Source: an uncultured bacterium (GTDB lineage: Bacteria > Acidobacteriota > HRBIN11 > JAKEFK01). Taken from it: DNA of 64,000 bases. The DNA lies in contig CAVZQN010000001.1 in NCBI GenBank assembly GCA_963777505.1, forward strand, positions 384,001 to 448,000. The letters run 5' to 3'. A model generated the notes under the pieces. It was given only the letters and a program-made list of their open reading frames with translations, did no database searches and was not told the DNA's origin. This document shows positions 27,451-36,042 of this stretch, piece after piece. The stretch's first letter is position 1. Every line of letters begins with the position of its first letter. The position numbers were made by a program, and so were the translations under genes.

Positions 27451-28263
27451 ATGAAAACGGTTGTCCAGTTTCAAAATGCTTACCGTAGTTTACGCAATGG
27501 AGGGGCCTTACGCATTTCAGATCTAAAGATCCAGGAACGTGAGAGTGTCGCGTTTTATGGCTTGCTTCCAGAACATATTGAAACACTCGTGAATCAAATT
27601 TCGGGAGTGCATGAACTTGAACATGGGAGTCTGACTATTCTTGGAAAGAATACAAGAAGAATGGATGAGCGCTCCTGGTTTCAATTTGTTGAAAAACTTG
27701 GAATTTACAATTCACAACCTGTATTTCAAGAATCCGCATCAATTGGTGAAAATGTTGCAAGCTTGTATAGAATGAGGAGCGATCTAATGGAAGAACCTCA
27801 ACTCAGTGCTTCAGTGCTCTCGCTTGCAAACCTTGTTCAGTTAAGTATTACCGATCTATCGCGCCAGATGTCTGAAGCGACGCCAGTACAACGGATGAAA
27901 GTCCGGATGAGTCGTGCTCTTGCCTATTCACCGTTGTTGTTGATCGTCTGCGATTCAGAGAAGATGCATTCTTCAGAAGTCACACATAAACTTGCGGAGC
28001 TAATCCGTAAAGCAAGACGAAAACTGAAGCTAACTTTGTTGCTCTTTTCATCAGATTTATGGCTGATCGAACAACTCGCGGAAAGAGTTGTATTTCTGAA
28101 TCCAAACAATGGACAATTCGTTGAAAACCAGCTTCGGTGGTGGTACCATAGGCTCCTTCCGTTTTTAAAACCTTCGCCTGCGCCATTGCTTCAGCTTTCG
28201 TTTAATGCAATGCAGCATAGTTGGATCATGAAGGAATCGGAAGATCGCATAAAGCGGCATTAA
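27451..28263 (+). CDS. Degenerate ABC ATPase-like protein
   Basis: ABC scaffold is recognisable (GSLTILG, VFQ...SIGENVA, RALAYSPLLLI, LAERVVFL), but Walker A, the signature, Walker B DE and the H-loop are all altered. Confidence 0.7.
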   Translation: MKTVVQFQNAYRSLRNGGALRISDLKIQERESVAFYGLLPEHIETLVNQISGVHELEHGSLTILGKNTRRMDERSWFQFVEKLGIYNSQPVFQESASIGENVASLYRMRSDLMEEPQLSASVLSLANLVQLSITDLSRQMSEATPVQRMKVRMSRALAYSPLLLIVCDSEKMHSSEVTHKLAELIRKARRKLKLTLLLFSSDLWLIEQLAERVVFLNPNNGQFVENQLRWWYHRLLPFLKPSPAPLLQLSFNAMQHSWIMKESEDRIKRH

Positions 28264-28293
28264 CCATAAGAAGCATAGCCGCACGGAGGATCA

Positions 28294-28599
28294 ATGGGAG
28301 AATTTAAAACAGTAGCTAAAGCAGTGGATATACAGCCAGGTTCCGGAATGGTTGTTGATATTGATGGAAACTCGATTGCAGTCTGGAATGTCGGCGGAAA
28401 TTTTTTTGCGTTTCAAAATGTTTGCCCCCATCGAGGCGGTCCAGTGGGTGAAGGCGAACTCGAAGGGAACGTAATTACATGTCCCTGGCATGGCTGGTCG
28501 TTCGATTTAACAAGTGGAGTTAGCCCTATCAATCCTGCAGCGAAACTAACCAAATACGATGTGAAGCTCGAAGGCGAGGAAGTAAAAGTTAACCTTTAA
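28294..28599 (+). CDS. Rieske [2Fe-2S] ferredoxin
   Basis: CPHRGGP and CPWHGWSFD motifs. Confidence 0.93.
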   Translation: MGEFKTVAKAVDIQPGSGMVVDIDGNSIAVWNVGGNFFAFQNVCPHRGGPVGEGELEGNVITCPWHGWSFDLTSGVSPINPAAKLTKYDVKLEGEEVKVNL

Positions 28600-29594
28600 T
28601 TGAAAGTGCCTTTGCAAGGCGAGTTAACGAAATATCGTATCGATATTGAATGTTAAAATGCCCTTCTTCGAATTCCTCATACTCATGCGGGATCCCAGCT
28701 TTCTTAAGAGTTTCTGCGAAAATTCTTGCGCCCAGAAATAGAAAAAACTCATCACGACGCCCGCAATCCAGGTAAACAAGTTTAAAGTCTTTCAAGGATC
28801 TCGGATTTTTTCTCAATACTTCGATAGGATCTTTTTCTTTCCATCTTTTCCACACCGCGGGAAGGAGTTCTCCTGTATATTCTCGAAAAGGCAAATCAAA
28901 TTTCGTTTTCGCCTTGCTGTTCGGCGAATAGCAGGCTGACATCGCAATAAGATTTAAAGCGGCGTGATCTTCACGGCTTGATTTCGGCATGGTGTCAAAT
29001 TTTTTGATATACGGAACGAGCCCACCGGCTTTTTCCAAAACACGAAGGGCAGGTGGAAATTCAGGAACAATATGCATATTCGAAATACATATCTCCTGAA
29101 TGACAGGCAACTGCAGAAAAAAGTTCAGGGCATTCCATAGAAAGCATGATTGCCCCATAACCTCCGCTGGACTTGCCCATCACTCCACGCCCCGATCTTT
29201 TTCGGATCGTTCTGAATTTTCGATCGATGAATGGAATCAATTCCTCCGTTAAAAAGGATCGATATTTGCCTACCGCAGGTGAATCCAGATACTGACTGCC
29301 CCCATATTTTGTGAAACAATCGGGAAAAACGAGGATCATTTCAGGCATACCGGCAGCGATTAACATGTCCATCCGTTCATCCATCGATGGAATCCATGCC
29401 TGAAAGTTGAACCAGGACATCGCGGAAGAAGTAAACCCGGGAAGGCAGTAAACGGTTGGATATGTAGTACTACCTCTGTAGTACGATGGAGGCAGATAAA
29501 CAGGAATTTTGCGGGTTGCAGGGTCGCCGAGCGGATTTCCGCGAAGGACTTTGCTCTTTATCTCTTCAAATACTAGTTTTCCTTTTCGACTCAA
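28589..29594 (-). CDS. Putative esterase (alpha/beta hydrolase), frameshifted near 29070
   Basis: VYLPPSY, GKSSGGYGA and HSGDMYFEYAY, then after removing one T, VPEFPP...YLDCGRRDEF...EEFEEGH. The two ORFs join into one gene. Confidence 0.85.
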
Positions 29595-30175
29595 AATTGC
29601 TTCATAAGACCGGCTGTATAACGGAGGCCCGAAAGATCATTGGTAACAAAATAAAAACGTGCTTCGGGACGGAAACCCCAGCTATCTGAAAACCACCAGT
29701 TTATTCCTGCACCGCCCGCTGCTCCGCCATTAATTCCAATATCACGAGTCGGAGTCAAAAATACACCTTCCGGTCCAAGTTCCTTTTGTTCTTCATATCC
29801 GCCGACTAAACTGATCGCAATAAACATACTGTTGCGATCACCAAATCGTGCAAATTTTGCCATGAACGTTCCGCCACCCCAGATACGTGTCCGCTGAAGC
29901 TCAGGTACAAAAATCCCAAACAAAGGATCAATCCGTGCCGGAAGTGTTTCCTTCGATCGAGCATACGTACCTTCCAGCTCAAAACTCCATGTATCTCCCA
30001 TGGCACGGCCAAATGATGCTCCAAAGGCATAACCATTTGGACCAAAGCATCCAGCCTCATCACAGAATGCAGCCCCGCCGCCAAACATGGTCAAAATCCA
30101 GGGGTAGGAAACATCATCCTGTGCATGAGCGAAAACAGGACACAAAAAGAGCACGATCATCAAAGCTATTTTCAT
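29591..30175 (-). CDS. Outer-membrane beta-barrel protein
   Basis: Signal peptide, Gly/aromatic alternating strands, GFRPEARF and a terminal Phe. Confidence 0.7.
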   Translation of the reverse strand: MKIALMIVLFLCPVFAHAQDDVSYPWILTMFGGGAAFCDEAGCFGPNGYAFGASFGRAMGDTWSFELEGTYARSKETLPARIDPLFGIFVPELQRTRIWGGGTFMAKFARFGDRNSMFIAISLVGGYEEQKELGPEGVFLTPTRDIGINGGAAGGAGINWWFSDSWGFRPEARFYFVTNDLSGLRYTAGLMKQF

Positions 30176-30224
30176 GCGGTTACCTCAAACTTAAGTTGTA
30201 AGGAAAAAATTGTTCATCTCCAGG

Positions 30225-30911
30225 TCATGGATAGATCCGTACTTGCACATCATCGATTACAGCAGCCGAATCAAAATCGCTGTCAAATTGATTGCTCAGC
30301 GAAAATTCAATTGCCATTGGTCCTTCACCCATTCTAGAACGGACCGATCCTCGAAATGTACGATAATACGATACCTGTAGCAGACCCGTTTCATATTTCC
30401 AATTTCCTGAACATTCGCTCTCCCGAAAAGAATCATCACCCGTAATCATTAGATTTTTCGATCCCGGCGAAGCTCCGGAATCATCAAATGCGGCAACAAC
30501 AAGAGGTCCTGCCATCGTCAGAAGACGTACCGTCAACAAGTCGGTGCCAAGATCGGTAGATGTATTTTCGTTAGTCAGGAATTTTACTTTAAAGTCGACG
30601 CGGATTCGGGAAGGTTTAAATGACACTGGCAAATTAGGCGAACGAATCACTGATTGAATCCCCTGCAGTGATGAACCCCCGCACATCGTGAGAGTATCTT
30701 TGTCGTCGTTTGTGCTTAATGCAACCCAATAACGCCCGGATGGTTCTCCGGCACAAAATACCGGTGCCACGCAGACATCCCCTGCGGTACGCCATCCTGC
30801 TAATAGAGCGTCATCGAAGCCCGCATTCAGTAATAATTCGCCAGCCGATTCACCAAAAACAGGCACCCAGCCTGTCATCAGTAGAACCAACACCCATACG
30901 ATCCGCTTCAT
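30225..30911 (-). CDS. Secreted hypothetical protein (beta-rich)
   Basis: Signal peptide MKRIVWVLVLL, LLLNAGFD...GW start and VIDDVQVR end, typical of jelly-roll domains. Confidence 0.65.
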   Translation of the reverse strand: MKRIVWVLVLLMTGWVPVFGESAGELLLNAGFDDALLAGWRTAGDVCVAPVFCAGEPSGRYWVALSTNDDKDTLTMCGGSSLQGIQSVIRSPNLPVSFKPSRIRVDFKVKFLTNENTSTDLGTDLLTVRLLTMAGPLVVAAFDDSGASPGSKNLMITGDDSFRESECSGNWKYETGLLQVSYYRTFRGSVRSRMGEGPMAIEFSLSNQFDSDFDSAAVIDDVQVRIYP

Positions 30912-30955
30912 ACCGCGAAAATTATAGCACGATGCTGCCGTGATGCAGGATGCGG

Positions 30956-31037
30956 GATTTAGCTCAACCGCCAAGACGCAAAGAACGCCAAGAAATAAAT
31001 TTTTATTCTAATACCTTGGCTTCAGCGGTTTGAGCTA
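30956..31037. repeat. 8-9-mer dispersed repeat, inverted pair
   Basis: agctcaaccgccaagacgcaaagaacgccaag ... cttggcttcagcggtttgagct. Confidence 0.6.
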
Positions 31038-31136
31038 TTTCTTTTTAACCTCTGTGGGTTTTGGATTTAGTTTCTTGAAGTCTTTCAGAAAATCGGTTTG
31101 CTTTTCTTTCTTCGGTTTTTTCTTTTTTTCTTTCAT
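31035..31136 (-). CDS. Candidate Lys-rich microprotein (33 aa)
   Basis: MKEKKKKPKKEKQTDFLKDFKKLNPKPTEVKKK. The ATG lies 2 nt after the stop of the upstream MBL gene. Confidence 0.45.
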   Translation of the reverse strand: MKEKKKKPKKEKQTDFLKDFKKLNPKPTEVKKK

Positions 31137-31138
31137 TT

Positions 31139-31888
31139 TCAAACTTCCAAAATATCGCCGACATTGGGAATCATCACCTGAAGACCTGATTTTTTGATCA
31201 AGTCTTGAATTTCACTCCATTTGTTTTTCCGAATTCCTCTTTGCAGGTGTGTAAGACACAAACGTCCAATGCCTTCTTCCTTTGCCATCGCAAGAACCTC
31301 AACAACATTAGCGTGTGTCTTACTTTCCTCATCAAACCAGTAGCTTTCGTGCACCAGCAAAGTGCATCCACGATAAAGGACGCGTGTATAAGGGTTAAAG
31401 TTTCCGTCGCCACTATAGGCGTACCTGCGTTCACCCACGGAAACGGACAATGCATAGTTCAGAACAGGATGAGAACTTGGAGCAAACTCCAATCGCGCTC
31501 CATGAAATTCAAAAGTTTCTTTCCATGAAACTTCACGAAAAACTACATCAAAACCGAGCTTTGGCAAGATGCCTTCGTAACCATAATCGATCATCTTCAC
31601 AATCACATCCTGCATTCCTTGAGCGCATACGATTTCGATTTCACGTTTGCGCCCATCTTCCGCAAGCCGTGTTAAATACGAAGGCAGACCAAAATAATGA
31701 TCCGCGTGCCGGTGGCTGATATAAATTGCATCAAGGTAGTCCGGTTCAGGATGCAATTTCCAAATTGAATGGGGTACAGCATAGCCACAATCGATCAGCA
31801 TTCGAAAATGATTCCATTCGAGCACCTGCGAATTATTCGGAAGCGTTTCATCAAAAGCTTCACCGACACCGATAAATTGAACTCTCAT
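31139..31888 (-). CDS. MBL-fold metallo-hydrolase (RNase Z-like)
   Basis: LIDCG, SHRHADHYFG, YSGDG, LVHES and LTH. Confidence 0.88.
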   Translation of the reverse strand: MRVQFIGVGEAFDETLPNNSQVLEWNHFRMLIDCGYAVPHSIWKLHPEPDYLDAIYISHRHADHYFGLPSYLTRLAEDGRKREIEIVCAQGMQDVIVKMIDYGYEGILPKLGFDVVFREVSWKETFEFHGARLEFAPSSHPVLNYALSVSVGERRYAYSGDGNFNPYTRVLYRGCTLLVHESYWFDEESKTHANVVEVLAMAKEEGIGRLCLTHLQRGIRKNKWSEIQDLIKKSGLQVMIPNVGDILEV

Positions 31889-31910
31889 ATGTTTAGTATG
31901 TTATGAATAA

Positions 31911-31976
31911 CTGCGGAGGAGCAGAGGTGCGGAGGGGCTTTCTCCCCTGCTCCTCTGCTCCTCTGCTCCTCTGCGG
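31911..31976. repeat. Inverted array of octamer repeats (gcagagga / tcctctgc)
   Basis: gcggagga gcagaggt gcggaggg ... tcccctgc tcctctgc tcctctgc tcctctgc. Confidence 0.65.
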
Positions 31977-32026
31977 TATCCATAAGACGCAATCTGCTTT
32001 CCGATTTCAGTGATATTATCACGACG

Positions 32027-32143
32027 ATGACTGACGAACAGGAACCGAAGCCTGGTGGACAAATTTTAGGATGTGTTTTCGCCGCCGGTCTTGTCATGTT
32101 TATTTTTCTATTCTTATTTATATTCATGCGTTCCTGCGCATAA
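32027..32143 (+). CDS. Candidate single-TM microprotein (38 aa)
   Basis: MTDEQEPKPGGQILGCVFAAGLVMFIFLFLFIFMRSCA. Stops 7 nt before the FMN reductase ATG. Confidence 0.55.
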   Translation: MTDEQEPKPGGQILGCVFAAGLVMFIFLFLFIFMRSCA

Positions 32144-32150
32144 AAAAGCA

Positions 32151-32714
32151 ATGAAACTCAAATTTGTAGGTCTCGGTGGAAGTTTTCGTACAAAATCGTC
32201 AAGCTCAAAAGCACTGACAGTTCCATTGAACTATCTGAAAGAACGGGGTCATGATACGAACATTCTTTTGCTTTCCGATCTTAAACTACCTGGATTTGAA
32301 ACCTCCGAAGAACTTGAAGACTATCCGGAAGGCGTTCGTTACATGCTCGATGAAGTTCGTTCAGCAAATGGATTGATCTTTGCGACACCGGTTTATCACG
32401 GAACGTTGAGCGGCGGCTTGAAAAATGCTTTGGATTTTTTCGAATATCTTTCCGCCGATAAACCACCTTACTTAACAGGCAAAGTGATCGGGCTCATTTC
32501 AACTTCAGGAGGAATTCCTGGAATCAATGCCATCAACACGATGGATTATGTCAGCCGTGCTTTACATGGCTGGGTTTGTCCAACAACAGTTGCCATCGCA
32601 AACAGCTGGCGTCAGTTTGATGATGACGGCAACCCTAAGGAGGATGTTTTGCGCGAACGCCTCTTACAACTCGGACGCGAACTTGAATTTGCTGTCACAA
32701 AATTTCAATCATGA
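32151..32714 (+). CDS. NADPH-dependent FMN reductase
   Basis: GGSFRTKSSS and ATPVYHGTLSGGLKNALD. Confidence 0.92.
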   Translation: MKLKFVGLGGSFRTKSSSSKALTVPLNYLKERGHDTNILLLSDLKLPGFETSEELEDYPEGVRYMLDEVRSANGLIFATPVYHGTLSGGLKNALDFFEYLSADKPPYLTGKVIGLISTSGGIPGINAINTMDYVSRALHGWVCPTTVAIANSWRQFDDDGNPKEDVLRERLLQLGRELEFAVTKFQS

Positions 32715-34093
32715 AAATTTCATTTTTAGGCGCGACGCAAACCGTAACCGGTTCACGCTTTCTTGTTGAAGATGATGGAATCCGCGTTCTTGTTGATTGT
32801 GGATTGTTTCAAGGACCCCGTCTGTGGAAAGAACGGAACTGGGCTGCCCAACCTGTAGATCCAAAAACCGTTGACTGCGTCGTTCTTACGCACGCACACA
32901 TCGATCATGCAGGCTTTCTTCCCAGATATTACCGGCTGGGTTTCCGCGGACCTGTTTACTCTACCCCCGCAACAGCCGAACTTTCGGAATTGATGCTGCC
33001 TGATTCAGGACATCTTCAGGAAGAAGATGCTGCATTTGCGAATAAAAACAGACATACTCGTCACGATCCTGCGCTTCCTTTATATACGGAAGAGGATGCA
33101 CATCAAGTCTTACGCCAGTTTCAACCAGTTGAGTTTTATACCCCTTTTCAACTTTCGAAAAATCTCTCATTTCAATTTTTGCGCGCTGGACACATTCTTG
33201 GCTCAGGAATGGTGGAAATGAAATCGAAAGATCCATCCATTCAGTTGCTTTTCAGTGGTGATCTTGGCCGACCAGTTCAGTACATTACGAAAAAGCCTGA
33301 TGAAGTTGAAAGCGCTGACTACTTAATTCTTGAATCAACGTATGGCAACAGAAAACATCAATCGGTAGATGTGCGTCAAGCAATTGCAGAGGTGATTCGA
33401 AAAACTGCAGCACGTGGCGGAGTTTTACTTGTCCCTGCTTTTTCAATCGGACGCACTCAAGAATTGTTATTCATTTTACGGACGCTTGAAGAAGCCCGCG
33501 AAGTTCCAAAGCTTCCTGTTTGGATCGATAGCCCGATGGCGATTCATGCAATGCCTATTTATCACAGGCATGATATCGATTTCTCTGCTGAATTAGAAAA
33601 GATCGCCGTTCATGATCCGACACCATTTGTTTGTCATCATATTCACACCGCTCAATCGGTAGAGCAATCAAAGGAACTGAACAATATCAACCATCCTGCC
33701 ATCATCGTTTCTGCAAGTGGAATGGCTACAGGCGGAAGAGTATTGCATCATCTTAAACAGAGAATTGGGGATCATCGCAACACAATCCTCTTTATCGGAT
33801 TTCAAGCACAAGGAACCAAAGGACGTTTGCTTGTTGAAGGCATAGAAGAAATCAAAATTCATGGACAGTATTACCGCGTTCGTGCGGAAATCATCTACAT
33901 GGATGGATTATCCGCTCACGCGGACTACGACGAGATGCTGGATTGGCTCGCGTATTTTAAGAAACCGCCGAAGAAAGTATTTTTGGTTCACGGAGAAGAG
34001 GAAGCAAGCCATGCAATGGCTTCAAAGATTCGCGAACGTTTTCAGTGGAACGTTCACGTACCCACCTATAACGAAACCATCGACCTTGCTTAG
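32711..34093 (+). CDS. MBL-fold beta-CASP ribonuclease
   Basis: VTGS, VDCGLFQG, THAHIDHAG, AGHILGS, FSGDLG, ESTYG, SASGMATGGR, SAHAD and VHGE. Confidence 0.93.
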   Translation: MKISFLGATQTVTGSRFLVEDDGIRVLVDCGLFQGPRLWKERNWAAQPVDPKTVDCVVLTHAHIDHAGFLPRYYRLGFRGPVYSTPATAELSELMLPDSGHLQEEDAAFANKNRHTRHDPALPLYTEEDAHQVLRQFQPVEFYTPFQLSKNLSFQFLRAGHILGSGMVEMKSKDPSIQLLFSGDLGRPVQYITKKPDEVESADYLILESTYGNRKHQSVDVRQAIAEVIRKTAARGGVLLVPAFSIGRTQELLFILRTLEEAREVPKLPVWIDSPMAIHAMPIYHRHDIDFSAELEKIAVHDPTPFVCHHIHTAQSVEQSKELNNINHPAIIVSASGMATGGRVLHHLKQRIGDHRNTILFIGFQAQGTKGRLLVEGIEEIKIHGQYYRVRAEIIYMDGLSAHADYDEMLDWLAYFKKPPKKVFLVHGEEEASHAMASKIRERFQWNVHVPTYNETIDLA

Positions 34094-34159
34094 CGCCTCG
34101 CGGATTAGTCGGCTGATTCAACACAAAGGCCAAACACGAAGAATCAATTATTAATTCAT

Positions 34160-35867
34160 TTAATTATTTGAACCTTTAACTCGGGCCTCGCGAAAGTCAC
34201 TGTCCAGGAAGTTTCTTAGGCCTCTACGGTTATTATCCTCATATCGTTGGTTGATTTCGCGTTCTTTTCTGCGCTGACGCGCTTCGGATTCAGCGCGGGA
34301 CCAATAGTAGTCGTTGTAATCTACAAATCGGATTGTTTCGGCAAGTTGCGGATGTTGATCACGAATCGCATCCATCATCTGTTGTGAAATACGTCTGTAG
34401 CTTGGATGTCCTTGAGGTGTAGTTCGTAGCTCAATCAAATGCATCGCTTCCCGGAAATTCATTCCCATCGTCCAACGGATTTTGAATCCAAACAGGACAG
34501 CATATTGTGCTAACTCGGGTGATAACTCGCGCGACATCCGTTCATGCAACTTCGCCGAACGGTCATAACACTCAAGAACGCGTGCAGTAAAACCAATCTT
34601 TTCGATTTCCTCAGCAACATCAAATCCAAGATATGGGACTGAGAAGCTGACGCTGTTGTGTCAGCATCCGATGACGCTGTAAGTCACGATATGCACCAAA
34701 ATCCGCCTGAATATCAAAGGTCAGAGGATATCCTGCTTCAAAAGCCCTTGCGGGACGATCCCGCCGTGACTTTCTTGTGCCCGTATACGATTGCAATAAT
34801 TCACTACGCTTATCATATGATAGTTGTCGTACTATATCCAATAATTGCCGGAGGGGGTGCCTGCAGTAATCGTAGAGACTTAAGGCCAAAGTACGATCCA
34901 ACAGATCTTGACTCGATGAAAGCAGGGGCAGCAAAACGCAGGGGTCTTCATCGGCAGGAACAATTCCGTGGAGCAATTCGGCGGTAAAAACCCGCATCTG
35001 GCGTTCAACCTGGGCCGAATATTCATCTCGTTTTGCCCGTTTAACAAATTTGGGAATAACTTTGTTTAGCTCAGCATGAGCATCAGCCGCACGCCGGCTG
35101 CTTTCCGGAAGTTCCTGGCTGTACAAGCGAGTCAAAAGATTTTGATAATATCGGCCGTTCCCAAATAACCCTACGTTTGTCAGTGTAGATGCAGGAAGAA
35201 GGTCGCGCAGGATATCACAAGCTTTTGTACGAAGATCTGCAGTGTAAGTAATTCGAAATTGTTTTTGCAGAGCTTCACTGTCCATCTGCGAATATTTTTC
35301 TCTAGAAGAAACGTCACGGACTCCATACTCTGCTTCTTCCATCGGCTTCAACTTTCTGAAATATTCAGACAAAGGCTGCACGGCCGAAGCATATGTATCG
35401 AAAATGAAATCCATCGTTTTGATGTAATCCCCGCCTACTTGGGAATCGAGAATTTCTTGACCGCGGTAATACTTGTATTGCCCGTTTAGATCTTTTTGAT
35501 CGTAAAAAACATACCGTGTTGATTGTTCAATCGGTGAACCGCCGATCCTTCGATCTTCGACAACCTTTGTAAGGACGTTTGAAATTTGTTCAAGTGCTAG
35601 ATGTGCGCCTTCAAGTTCGCCCACACTGTCGTCGCCGTATTCATTCAGAATGCGTTCAATGAGTTCTTGCGTACGATTCACATTGAGCTCACCGTCTTTT
35701 AGAAATTCTTTTAAAAGTGTACGGCGAAGCCCTGTTATTGCACGGCTGTAACGTGCATAAATCGGCCCTGCAAGCCCGGGAATCGTTACACAAAACGTAT
35801 TGCCGGTTGGATTTGTCACATACCGCGAAAGGATTTGAATTTCTTCAGATGTAAATTCCTCAGACAT
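34160..35867 (-). CDS. thyX: FAD-dependent thymidylate synthase, long tandem-domain type, frameshifted near 34636
   Basis: ARYSR, YGDDSVGEL, EQSTRY, RDLQRHR and ELRTTPQGHPSYR. Removing one C (agt ccc ata to agt cca tat) joins the two ORFs through SPYLGFDVAEEI. Confidence 0.85.
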
Positions 35868-35957
35868 TAGGAACTCATTCTAACTAGAAAAATGTGAAAC
35901 ACAAAAACGACTTTGCCATATAAAAATTCGTGAGAGAATCTTAGGCTTGAAGAAAAG

Positions 35958-36026
35958 AGAGAGGATAGAGAATAGAGGATGGAGGATAGAAGCTCATCTA
36001 TTCTCTATCTTCTATCCTCTATTCTC
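35958..36026. repeat. Inverted array of heptamer repeats (agaggat / tctatcc)
   Basis: agaggat agagaat agaggat ggaggat ... tctattc tctatct tctatcc tctattc. Confidence 0.65.
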
Positions 36027-36042
36027 ATAAATAAGGAGGCGC

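Noticed and set aside
29061-29069. TGA after Cys-Ser in the esterase as a possible selenocysteine codon
   Set aside because: Homology continues in a different frame, so readthrough would not restore the protein, whereas deleting one base does.
31885-32151. 88-aa minus-strand ORF
   Set aside because: It runs through an octamer-repeat hairpin and is antisense to a more plausible small membrane ORF, so it is likely spurious.
34620-34640. Programmed frameshift or Sec readthrough in thyX
   Set aside because: No slippery heptamer or SECIS-like stem is evident, and the site fits the window-wide +1 insertion pattern.
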